Assembly (NCBI GenBank): GCA_965222615.1
Contig: CBDCUI010000009.1
Coordinates: 214,454-278,453, forward strand
Length of the DNA stretch: 64,000 nucleotides
Direction: 5' to 3'
Source of the DNA: Gammaproteobacteria bacterium
GTDB taxonomy: Bacteria; Pseudomonadota; Gammaproteobacteria; UBA4575
Each line of letters opens with the position of its first letter. Position 1 is the first letter of the stretch. The notes beneath the pieces are model-generated. The model worked only from the letters and a program-made list of their open reading frames with translations, was not told the origin of the DNA and made no database searches. Below, piece after piece: positions 12,144-21,381 of the stretch. A program made the position numbers and the translations under genes.

Positions 12144-13406
12144 TTAATCAGGCAAAATATTTTTACTATTTTTTGTTTTGAAGGATATTTTTATCTGTGT
12201 ACCACCTAATTGACTCGCCTGAACGCGAAATTTTCCTCCTAATTCATGTGCTCTTTGCTGCATAATGATCATGCCATGGCGGTGTGTGTGTGTTTGAATA
12301 CCATCCATTCCAATACCATCATCATCAATAATAATGGATATTAATCCTTGAGGTTGTAAATTCAGTGATACCTCCGCACGGCTCGCTTGAGAATGTCTCA
12401 CAACATTCGAAATTGCTTCACGAATTATTTGTAGCACATGAATTTCCTCATCTACTGCTAAATCTACACGAGACAATCTATTATCTAAGCTAATAGCAAC
12501 ACTGCTGCGATTTTCAAATTCTTCTACAGAATCTTCTAATGCATGAGCAAGATCACGACTATTCATTGCTAGTCTGAAAGTAGTAATCAGTTCACGTAAC
12601 TGTTTATAAGAAATATTAAGATTTGTGCGCAATTCTTCTACAATGCCACTGATTGCAGTTATATTGCTGTCATTTTTATTCGAGCTTATTTTCAGTAATG
12701 CTTGAAGGCGGCTTACTTGTATTTTTAAATAAGAAAGAGATTGAGCTAGTGAGTCATGTAATTCTCTTGCTATCAAAGCTCTTTCTTCATGAAGTGCAAG
12801 ACGTTTGCTCATATCCACTTGCTGCGAACTTGACAAAATACCATTCAATGCAAATTTTAATGACTCAATCTCTGCAATTGAAATTTTTTTCGATGCAGCT
12901 TTAGGCACTTTTAAAATTAAAGTGCCACCAGTACTATGCTTATTTTCGCTTAAACGAATTATTTTAATATCAAATAAATCATTATGATTTCGATTATGTA
13001 AGTGTAATGCGTTATAATTTTCATCTGATGAGATATGGCTTAAATAATCTTTAAATAAATTCAGCTCTTTTTCGTCTGTAATTGCTATGATGTCATTTTC
13101 ACCAGATTCTTTTTTTACAAAAATTGCACCTGCATCAGCATTTGTTAAATTTTCAATTTCTTTTAGTACAGTAGAGAATGGCGTTGTAGAACCAGGGTTT
13201 TCTATGATGGCTCTAAGAATAGAGTTAAGAAAATGAAGGTGTTTATGTTCATCAGGAAATTCTAATGTGCTGTATGCGAGCTTATTGGATTTGCTATTAG
13301 GTTGTGTAAGCTCCTTTTTTTCTCTAAACAGGTAGGTTTTTGATATAAGGTTCAGAAATGCTTTTGAGGTATGGAGCGTATTTTTATAATTGTCTGATAA
13401 CATCAA
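12144..13406 (-). CDS. Sensor histidine kinase (HisKA_3 / NarX-DegS type), apparently cytoplasmic
   Basis: 420 aa. H-box ELHDSLAQSLSYLKIQ; HATPase region EAISNVVRHSQAS...IIDDDGIGMDG; no clear TM segments. Sits in an operon with the response regulator and the GGDEF/EAL gene. Confidence 0.75.
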   Translation of the reverse strand: MMLSDNYKNTLHTSKAFLNLISKTYLFREKKELTQPNSKSNKLAYSTLEFPDEHKHLHFLNSILRAIIENPGSTTPFSTVLKEIENLTNADAGAIFVKKESGENDIIAITDEKELNLFKDYLSHISSDENYNALHLHNRNHNDLFDIKIIRLSENKHSTGGTLILKVPKAASKKISIAEIESLKFALNGILSSSQQVDMSKRLALHEERALIARELHDSLAQSLSYLKIQVSRLQALLKISSNKNDSNITAISGIVEELRTNLNISYKQLRELITTFRLAMNSRDLAHALEDSVEEFENRSSVAISLDNRLSRVDLAVDEEIHVLQIIREAISNVVRHSQASRAEVSLNLQPQGLISIIIDDDGIGMDGIQTHTHRHGMIIMQQRAHELGGKFRVQASQLGGTQIKISFKTKNSKNILPD

Positions 13407-13968
13407 ATCGCCTTTTGTTATGAGTAGATGATTTGTTTTAACAGCTCATATCAGCAGTAACGCATATACAACTGAAATAGCAACATATCACTGTAAATTT
13501 TAGTACAAATAGATTACACCTTGTTTATAAAGGCTACAATTTATTTGCCATGTGAAATTACTGTTTCGTAAAAACATGTAATACAATTAATTATATTCAT
13601 TGCCTTACTCTACATGTGGTTTACATAAAGTATTAGTTTTTATAGTTGGCCAACCTCGTTCCTGGCGTTGCTACTAATATTCTTAGCAAGAATGTCTAGC
13701 ATATACATATGTCAACCTAAACTATACGCCACTAGCACCATCGATGATGGATAAAACTCTATAAATAAATTTATAAACCTAATAAGAAGTGTATTTATAC
13801 ACATGTGGCTACCAATAAAGTTGTATAACTTATTAGTAATTGACGCAGACTAGAAATACTTTTTATTTTTTGATGTTTGGCTAGTATCAGTTAACGCCTT
13901 TGCATTGTTTAGTCTAATTACTTCAACAACACAATTTTAAAAAAATAAATTATTTTAAGGAGAAACTC

Positions 13969-15075
13969 ATGGCCGTTACTCGACATTCAGCATTGGAATC
14001 ACGTCATCAAGCGCTTGGCTCACCTCTTGGAGAATGGAATGAGATGGATGTACCGTGGGAATATGCCCAAGATATAAATGATGAACATCTAGCAGTTCGA
14101 CATGCTGCAGGGTTATTTGATGTTTCAGGTCTTAAAAAGAACCATATTATAGGGCCAGATGCAATTTCTGTGGCTAATCATGTATGTACACGTGATTTGT
14201 CTATTCTTTATCCAGGAAGATCAACTTATGCCATTATTCTTAACGAAGATGGATACATCACGGATGATTGCATCATGTTTCACATATCGCCTAACCATGT
14301 AATGATGGTGCATGGTGGTGGTACTGGCATGGAGCAGCTGCAAAAATCAGCGCAAAACAAAGATGTCAATATTATATTTGACGATGATTTACATGATATT
14401 TCATTACAAGGTCCTAAGGCAGTTGATTTGCTAGATCAACATACACCTTTTGATCTGCAAAGCTTAAAGTATTTCCATCATATACCTACTACATTATTCG
14501 ATCATCACTGCCTAATATCACGTACAGGTTATTCAGGCGAACGAGGCTATGAGATTTTTGCTAAAGCGGCTGACATCGTTTCAATCTGGGATGCAATTTT
14601 GGAAAATGGTAATTCAATGGGAATCATTCCTTGCTCATTTAATTGTATCGATGCTATTCGTGTTGAAGCAGCGTTGTTGTTTTATCCTTATGATATGAAT
14701 GAAAATAATACGCCCTGGGAGGTCGGATTGGGATTCGCAATCAGTCAAAAGAAAAAAGCAGACTATCGAGGTAAAGATGCCGTATTAAATTCTATTGGCA
14801 AAGAAAAGATTAAAACATTTGGCATTGTCGCTAATTGTGAAACAGCTGTAGACCCGGATGCAGAAGTCATTCAAGATGGAAAAACAGTGGGTAAAGTAAC
14901 TGCACCGGTTTTCTCGCCCATCATTAACCAATCTCTTGCTATGGTGCAACTTCAACCTGAACTTGCTCAGGCTGGCATCAATCTTGATGTCAAAGGTGAG
15001 AATGTATCGTGTTCTGCAACCACTTCAGAAATCCCTTTCCTGGATCCAACAAAGAAAAAGAGATCAGCTAAGTAG
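13969..15075 (+). CDS. GcvT-family aminomethyltransferase / THF-dependent demethylase (DmdA-like)
   Basis: 368 aa. Glycine-cleavage T-protein fold features (AGLFDVS, GYSGERGYEIF), but the N-terminus is unlike canonical GcvT; the size matches DmdA/GcvT-like demethylases. Confidence 0.65.
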   Translation: MAVTRHSALESRHQALGSPLGEWNEMDVPWEYAQDINDEHLAVRHAAGLFDVSGLKKNHIIGPDAISVANHVCTRDLSILYPGRSTYAIILNEDGYITDDCIMFHISPNHVMMVHGGGTGMEQLQKSAQNKDVNIIFDDDLHDISLQGPKAVDLLDQHTPFDLQSLKYFHHIPTTLFDHHCLISRTGYSGERGYEIFAKAADIVSIWDAILENGNSMGIIPCSFNCIDAIRVEAALLFYPYDMNENNTPWEVGLGFAISQKKKADYRGKDAVLNSIGKEKIKTFGIVANCETAVDPDAEVIQDGKTVGKVTAPVFSPIINQSLAMVQLQPELAQAGINLDVKGENVSCSATTSEIPFLDPTKKKRSAK

Positions 15076-15207
15076 AAATTTAGTTTAATAATTCATTTGG
15101 CTATCTATTTTGATAGTAATGTCTAATATACCAGCGTATAAAATATGGCGCAGTAGTTTAGGTCTTATATATTTAACTAGTAACTCTCGAAGTAAAATCG
15201 CTAAAAA

Positions 15208-15924
15208 TTGAAACCAATACGTATTTTTAGGCACGATGACTGGATTGGAGCAGGTTATTTTGTTGAAACGCTAGATCGCCTTCAAATTGCATATGAATTA
15301 ATTGCAATTGATACTGGTGACATAGTCACAGATCGACTTGAAGATGCAAGTGGCTTGGTTTTCTTGGGTGGAACCATGAGCGTAAATGATCCGCTTACTT
15401 GGGTTGATGATGAGTTAAACCTTATTCGTAATGCAGCAAAACGAAAATTTCCAGTTTTTGGTCACTGTTTTGGAGCTCAGTTAATCAGTAAAGCATTGGG
15501 TGGAAGCATAAGCAAAATGCCTGCTAAGGAGATAGGTTGGCATGCAATTGAGTTTAAAGATAATGAGATTACAAGAGAGTGGTTTAATAAACTACCACGT
15601 ACAATTAAAGTCATGCTTTGGCATGAAGATGCAATGACACTACCACAGGGTGCAACACCTCTTTATTCAACTGCTTTTTGCCCACAGCAGGCTTTCATTT
15701 TCGATAATATGATTGCAACGATTCCACATATTGAAGTCACTTCTGCAATGTTAAAAAATTGGTTAGATTTATATGGTTATGATTTAACTCCAATTTCGGC
15801 AAGCGTGCAGAGCATTGAAGAAGTGAGCAGTAATCTCGATATGCGGATTCGCGATATGCAACAATTATCAGACGTTCTTTATAAACGGTGGTTAGATATA
15901 GTGAGAAGGTATAATCAGACTTAA
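15208..15924 (+). CDS. Class I glutamine amidotransferase-like protein
   Basis: 238 aa with a TTG start. Segment FGHCFGAQLISKALGG carries the GATase1 nucleophile Cys; a later His region is present. Confidence 0.55.
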   Translation: MKPIRIFRHDDWIGAGYFVETLDRLQIAYELIAIDTGDIVTDRLEDASGLVFLGGTMSVNDPLTWVDDELNLIRNAAKRKFPVFGHCFGAQLISKALGGSISKMPAKEIGWHAIEFKDNEITREWFNKLPRTIKVMLWHEDAMTLPQGATPLYSTAFCPQQAFIFDNMIATIPHIEVTSAMLKNWLDLYGYDLTPISASVQSIEEVSSNLDMRIRDMQQLSDVLYKRWLDIVRRYNQT

Positions 15925-16181
15925 ACTAGATTATTTATATTGGTTAAAACCAATTAATCGAGTACTTATTTTAGGCAAGCAGATACAATTAAAACGCTAA
16001 AATATCTTTAGTGCTCTAGTGCAAGACATTTGTACTAGCTTTAGGGCTTGTAATTCATTTATCGATATTTTATACGACAGACGATAATTATTTATATATC
16101 AGTGGGTTAATCAACACGTGCAATATGACTATATCTATTTTACTATTTACTAATATACAGGAATAACAGCAAAATCAGGCC

Positions 16182-17423
16182 ATGAGCGAATTCACTTTTA
16201 ATACTGTTCCCGAAGTCTTAGAGGATCTTAAGCTGGGTAAGCTTGTGATTGTTGTGGATGATGAGTCACGTGAAAATGAAGGTGATCTCATTGGTGCAGC
16301 AGACAAGTGTACGCCTGAAATGGTGAACTTTATGGCCACACATGGAAGAGGACTAATCTGTGCTGCCATTACTGAAGAGCGTTCAAGAAAATTAGATTTG
16401 GATTTAATGGTAGAGGCGAATGAAAACGATGCCTTACACAATACCCCATTTACTGTTTCTGTTGACTATAAGCATGGTACTACCACCGGTATTTCTGCTA
16501 CAGACCGTTATAAAACCATCCAGGCGCTTGCAGATCCTTCTACAAGCGCAAGTGATTTTGCACGTCCGGGACATATTTTTCCGTTACGTGCCACAAAAGG
16601 AGGGGTATTCAGACGTGATGGACACACCGAAGCTGCGGTAGATTTAATGGAACTTGCCGGACTACGTCCTGCAGGCCTGCTATGCGAAATCATGAAGCAA
16701 GATGGCAGTATGGCGAGACTACCAGACTTAATTGAATTTGCCCAATTACATGGTTTGAAAATTCTTACTATACAAGAACTTATAAGATACCGTTTACGTT
16801 ATGAATCAAGAGTAGAGCGTGAAGTTACCGTACAACTACCCACTTGCTGGGGAGACTTTGAATTAACGGCATTCCGCGATATTTATACGGATAAAGAACA
16901 TCTGGCGCTTGTACATGGCAGTTGGAATCCAGGTGACGACGTATTGGTGAGAATACATTCTGAATGTTTGACTGGCGACGTATTTGGATCTGCACGATGT
17001 GATTGTGGCGAACAAATCCGGATTGCCATGGAAATGGTGCAACAAAATCAGCAGGGTGTCATTATATATATGCGTGATGAAGGTCGTGGCATAGGCTTGG
17101 TGAATAAATTAAAGGCCTATGCATTACAAGAACAGGGTTATGATACCGTAGAAGCCAATCTTGAATTAGGATTTGATGCCGATCAGCGTGATTTCTCCAT
17201 CGCAGCACATATTCTGCGTGCATTAAATGTTGAAAATGTACAACTGATTACCAATAACCCGGATAAGTGTAATTGGATGGAAGCGTACGATATTAATCTT
17301 GTGGATCGGATTTCTATGATTTGTCCAACAGATAGCGAATTTCGTCGTAAATATCTTCAGACTAAGCGCGACAAAATGGGCCACGTTATTGATCTTAAAA
17401 ATATCGTACCGCACTGGAAATAA
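16182..17423 (+). CDS. ribBA: Bifunctional 3,4-dihydroxy-2-butanone-4-phosphate synthase / GTP cyclohydrolase II
   Basis: 413 aa. RibB N-terminal signature VVVDDESRENEGDLIGAAD; RibA zinc motif RCDCGEQ and IYMRDEGRGIGL. Confidence 0.9.
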   Translation: MSEFTFNTVPEVLEDLKLGKLVIVVDDESRENEGDLIGAADKCTPEMVNFMATHGRGLICAAITEERSRKLDLDLMVEANENDALHNTPFTVSVDYKHGTTTGISATDRYKTIQALADPSTSASDFARPGHIFPLRATKGGVFRRDGHTEAAVDLMELAGLRPAGLLCEIMKQDGSMARLPDLIEFAQLHGLKILTIQELIRYRLRYESRVEREVTVQLPTCWGDFELTAFRDIYTDKEHLALVHGSWNPGDDVLVRIHSECLTGDVFGSARCDCGEQIRIAMEMVQQNQQGVIIYMRDEGRGIGLVNKLKAYALQEQGYDTVEANLELGFDADQRDFSIAAHILRALNVENVQLITNNPDKCNWMEAYDINLVDRISMICPTDSEFRRKYLQTKRDKMGHVIDLKNIVPHWK

Positions 17424-17656
17424 GCGCAAGAAGCTCTGATTTATTCTGCTACTTCGTTAAAAAATGTTTCGAAATGCTCATTTACTAGCGTGTAAACTCC
17501 GCTTTGACTCGCACCTTCCTGGTGCTCGGCCTGTGGCTAGCAGAGCTTCCCAAATCTGCTCCCGGCAGATTTGTCTTAACATTTTTTGCCTCATATCAAA
17601 CGCTATGCTAATAAATCAGCACTCCTTTAACGTATTAAGCTTACATATTTAATAAA

Positions 17657-18274
17657 ATGAAATTACTTGGCCTTTCGGGCAGCCCTGCCAAAAACTCAAA
17701 CTCAAGGACGTTGAGTGCCGTCAAGCAAGTTGTGGAATTTGCCAAGACATATGATTCTAGAATAAATGATGAAACCATCAATGTGCGTGACTTAAATATT
17801 GAGTTATGCGACGGTCGTAATCCAGCCTTGTATGAAGGTGATACCAAGAACTTAATCAATAAGATAGTACAAGCGGATGCATTGGTTTTAGGGACACCAG
17901 TCTATAGAGGTTCATATACTGGTATATTAAAAAACGTATTCGATATCATTCCTAATGATGCACTTGTAGGGAAACCAGTGGGCATCGTGGTTACGGCTTC
18001 GACTCAACATCATTATTTATCTATCGAACATGGAATTAAGCCATTGCTAGGATTTTTTCATGCTCATGCATTGCCAGGAGGCGTGTATTTAAGTAGCCAT
18101 CATTACCAAGACCACGTGCTAGTAGATGAACGAGCGATAGAGCGCTTACATCAATTAGGGGAATCCATAATTGAATTTGCTAAACATATTCCACATGACA
18201 GATCTAAAGTAACTGGCGCATCGGGACCAGATATTCCTTGGGAGTCTCGGTTGAAAGGTAGTAATACCCTATAG
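17657..18274 (+). CDS. NAD(P)H-dependent FMN reductase (SsuE/MsuE-like flavodoxin fold)
   Basis: 205 aa. MKLLGLSGSPAKNSNSRT N-terminus, GTPVYRGSYTGILKN flavin-binding loop. Confidence 0.7.
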   Translation: MKLLGLSGSPAKNSNSRTLSAVKQVVEFAKTYDSRINDETINVRDLNIELCDGRNPALYEGDTKNLINKIVQADALVLGTPVYRGSYTGILKNVFDIIPNDALVGKPVGIVVTASTQHHYLSIEHGIKPLLGFFHAHALPGGVYLSSHHYQDHVLVDERAIERLHQLGESIIEFAKHIPHDRSKVTGASGPDIPWESRLKGSNTL

Positions 18275-18689
18275 TTTTTTGTACCTTTTTGAATGTGCTA
18301 CAAGTGTCTTAATATTTTTCATTGTAAAACAAGCGGATAACTAATAATTTAGCATTAAATAATTACAAATAATTTATAACTAATTGATTTTAATATATAT
18401 TATATATCGCTAAAAGAAAAATATAATAACTTCAAGCAACTTAACCTCATTTTTAATGTACCTCTTTGCATAAAGCTGTGGTACTTTACATCTCGGTGGT
18501 TCCATAAATCTCTGTACCGTTGAGAGGCGATATCTAGAGAATCCGGAAGGAGCAATAACTATATAAAATAACTTCTGTAAAACCATCTGCCTAGCGTAGA
18601 AACATTTAGCAGCCCTTTCTCCTCTAGTTGGGTCATTAATTAAAAAATATAAAAGCTAAAGTTGTTACGCAAAGAAAGGTAAGTATCAA

Positions 18690-18716
18690 CCCGCCCCCGT
18701 GGCGGGTTTTGTTTTT
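18690..18716 (+). terminator. Rho-independent terminator-like hairpin with U-tract
   Basis: CCCGCC (18690-18695), loop CCCGT, GGCGGG (18701-18706), followed by TTTTGTTTTT. It lies 415 bp downstream of the nearest + strand stop, so it may terminate an unannotated small transcript. Confidence 0.5.
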
Positions 18717-18752
18717 CATGGGTACACTAATCTTTTTAAAACTTCTTTTTTC

Positions 18753-19136
18753 ATGAACAGTTGTATTAAATCCATGAAATTTTGGTATGTAGTCACACTA
18801 AGCTTACTGTTCATCTATACAACACCACTATTTGCGGCAGATGTAGGCGGCCGATATTTAATCTCAGGGATTGGTAAAGACTCATGTCAAAGTTTTGTAG
18901 ATGCCGATGCTGTGGGGCAGTCATATTATTTGACTTGGTTATCTGGCTATATTACTTCTCACAATTATCATTCTGAAGGTACATATAGTATTGTTAACAA
19001 GAAGTCTGTTCAGGATTTAGAAACCTGGTTGCGCGGCTATTGTTTTGCCAATTTAGATCATACATTTGAACAAGCTGCAAAGGGTTTGGTGAGAAGTTTA
19101 GAATATTTTAAAAAGAAAAATTATTACGACAAGTAA
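18753..19136 (+). CDS. Secreted hypothetical protein (signal peptide)
   Basis: The ORF-track start at 18699 lies inside the terminator hairpin. In-frame ATGs at 18753 and 18774 give MNSCIKSMKFWYVVTLSLLFIYTTPLFAADV, a signal peptide. No recognisable domain. Confidence 0.4.
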   Translation: MNSCIKSMKFWYVVTLSLLFIYTTPLFAADVGGRYLISGIGKDSCQSFVDADAVGQSYYLTWLSGYITSHNYHSEGTYSIVNKKSVQDLETWLRGYCFANLDHTFEQAAKGLVRSLEYFKKKNYYDK

Positions 19137-19154
19137 TTAATACAAGAGTGTTTT

Positions 19155-19577
19155 GTGGAAAATCAAGATCTTAAACGTGCTGGATTAAAAGTTACTTTAC
19201 CTAGAATGAAGATTTTAGAGATTCTTGAAAGCTCCAATAAAAAACATTTAAGTGCTGAAGATATCTATAGGGTATTACTTGACGCAGGTGAAGAAATAGG
19301 GCTTGCCACAATATACAGAGTGTTAACCCAATTTGAAGATGCGGGATTGGTAATACGGCATCATTTTGAAACTGGGCAGGCTGTATTTGAACTAGAAAGC
19401 GGTAAACATCACGATCATTTAATCTGCGTTAAATGTGGCAAGATTATTGAATTCATGGATGAGTCTATTGAAGCCAAACAAAAAGAAATTGCTAAGAAGA
19501 ATGGCTTTCGAATCTCAGATCATTCTCTGATCATATATGGGATATGCGATAATATAGGATGTCAAAGCAAGCATTAG
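19155..19577 (+). CDS. fur: Ferric uptake regulator
   Basis: 140 aa with a GTG start. LKVTLPRMKILEIL...HLSAEDIYRVL...ATIYRVLTQFEDAGLV...HHDHLICVKCGKI matches Fur throughout. Confidence 0.9.
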   Translation: MENQDLKRAGLKVTLPRMKILEILESSNKKHLSAEDIYRVLLDAGEEIGLATIYRVLTQFEDAGLVIRHHFETGQAVFELESGKHHDHLICVKCGKIIEFMDESIEAKQKEIAKKNGFRISDHSLIIYGICDNIGCQSKH

Positions 19578-19636
19578 TCTAAAGTTCAATATCAAATAGA
19601 CTATTCCTTAACGAGTTTTATGCTTAATTTACTTTA

Positions 19637-20992
19637 ATGTCTAAAAACAAATTTCCTCCAGGCCCTGAAGGCGAGGGTAAATTAGGTTGTCTACCCAGCA
19701 TGCGTAGCAACCCCATGCAATTCTTAGAGAAGGTTGCGCAAGAATATGGTGGTATCGCCCGTATTAATATGGGTGATTATTACTCATACCTTGTTTCTGA
19801 GCCTAAATTAATAAAAGAAGTGCTAGTCGATAACTATGATAAATACAAAAAAAATACTCGCTATAAACAAGTACGTATGGTTATAGGAGAGGGTATGCTG
19901 CTAAGTGAAGGCAATGTCTGGAAGAGGCAACGTACCACGGCACAACCAAAGTTCACTGCCAAGGCATTGGAAGCACAAATAGACTGGATTACTCAATTGG
20001 CATCAGAATTTATTGACACCTGGCATGAAAATATTGAAACCAAAAAACCAGTCGAGCTTGAATACCAATTTAATATCCTCACGCAATTACTTGCAGGAAT
20101 GTGGATGATGGGTGCAGGATTCAAATCACGTGCAACTACAGTTGCCCATATTTATCACCAGATTCGTACGAACTGGCCTGAGATGACCGATTTAACAACT
20201 AGTTTATTGAAACCGAAAAATTTGAAAAAAGAAATTAACTTTAGACGCGCATTGCACCAGCTGAATAAATGTGTGTATGGGATCTTAGATGAATATCCGG
20301 ATATCATTGATACAGATATTGGTTATTTAAAACATATCATCGAAGATGAGGACGCAAAGTCCTATATCAAAAAAAACAGACGTAGCTTACGTGATCAGAT
20401 GCTTACTTTGTTTGTTACAGCATTTGAAACAACAGCTACATCTTTGTGCTGGACGATGTATGTCATAGATAAGTACCCAGAAGTGAAGCAACGCATTTAT
20501 GAAGAAGTAAACACTATTCTCGGCAAACAAACTCCTACATCAGAACTACTTAACAAGTTAAATTACACTGAAAAAGTTATCAAAGAGTCATTGCGCTTAT
20601 ATTCCTCAGTACATTCCTTTTCACGTGTTGCTTTAGAAGATCATCAGATCGGCGGGTATAACGTACCGAAGGATATGACAGTTATCATATCTTCTTACGT
20701 AACGCACCGCCTTCCACAATATTGGGATGATCCCTATACATTTGACCCAAATAGGTTTGATAAAGATAGATCAGTTGGAAGGTCACGTTTTGCCTATATA
20801 CCTTTTGCAGCAGGTCATCGAAATTGCATTGGCTCTCATATGGCAATATTGCAAAGCAAGCTAGTAATTGCGCTGATTACTCAACGCTATAATTTGACAC
20901 TTATTCCTGGACACAAGGTGGAGCCTCAAGCCGCGACTACTATGCGACCAAAATATGGGATGAAAATGAGTGTAGACCGTCTTGCTGCTTAG
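19637..20992 (+). CDS. Cytochrome P450 monooxygenase
   Basis: 451 aa. PPGP near the N-terminus, ETTA I-helix, ESLRL (ExxR) and heme loop FAAGHRNCIGSHMA (FxxGxRxCxG). Confidence 0.85.
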   Translation: MSKNKFPPGPEGEGKLGCLPSMRSNPMQFLEKVAQEYGGIARINMGDYYSYLVSEPKLIKEVLVDNYDKYKKNTRYKQVRMVIGEGMLLSEGNVWKRQRTTAQPKFTAKALEAQIDWITQLASEFIDTWHENIETKKPVELEYQFNILTQLLAGMWMMGAGFKSRATTVAHIYHQIRTNWPEMTDLTTSLLKPKNLKKEINFRRALHQLNKCVYGILDEYPDIIDTDIGYLKHIIEDEDAKSYIKKNRRSLRDQMLTLFVTAFETTATSLCWTMYVIDKYPEVKQRIYEEVNTILGKQTPTSELLNKLNYTEKVIKESLRLYSSVHSFSRVALEDHQIGGYNVPKDMTVIISSYVTHRLPQYWDDPYTFDPNRFDKDRSVGRSRFAYIPFAAGHRNCIGSHMAILQSKLVIALITQRYNLTLIPGHKVEPQAATTMRPKYGMKMSVDRLAA

Positions 20993-21001
20993 TGAGATAT
21001 A

Positions 21002-21154
21002 TTAATAACCTGCTCTACGTGCGCGGTCATCGGGACGATCGTCCTTATCTTCCTTAGGGACAGTGTTGTTATCAGTGTCTGTTGGTTGTGGGCCAGCTAC
21101 CCCACGACCTGCATTCAATTTGTCCTCTGTAAGCTCTTTTTGTCGCTTATCCAT
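21002..21154 (-). CDS. Small hydrophilic protein, 50 aa (not in the ORF track)
   Basis: Reverse-strand ORF MDKRQKELTEDKLNAGRGVAGPQPTDTDNNTVPKEDKDDRPDDRARRAGY; ATG to TAA with no internal stops, in the 390-bp gap after the P450 gene. No homology can be judged by eye. Confidence 0.25.
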   Translation of the reverse strand: MDKRQKELTEDKLNAGRGVAGPQPTDTDNNTVPKEDKDDRPDDRARRAGY

Positions 21155-21381
21155 GCTCTTTATCCAAAAAAATCACCAAACTAACTATACTTTATCGCTT
21201 TTTATTGACCGTGATCTAGCTCATAAGTCATTATCGATTTAGTATATAAGTGTTTAAAGCAGATATTTTGTGAAGTGTATCGCCAAGTAGAGCCTACAAA
21301 AACCTTATAATTTACGGGAAAATAATAGGGAAATATTCATATACAAGAATTTAAACCAGGTATGGAGAGCATAATTTAAGG

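Noticed and set aside
15925-16181. Possible FMN (RFN) riboswitch upstream of ribBA
   Set aside because: The 257-bp leader is AT-rich and lacks the conserved GC-rich RFN core (GGGGCAGGGTGAAATTCCC... and GGATGGGAGAAGGA-type segments), so no riboswitch call.
18699-19136. ORF-track start at 18699 for the secreted protein
   Set aside because: The first 18 codons would be translated from the terminator hairpin itself. In-frame ATGs at 18753 and 18774 give a proper signal peptide, so the start was moved.
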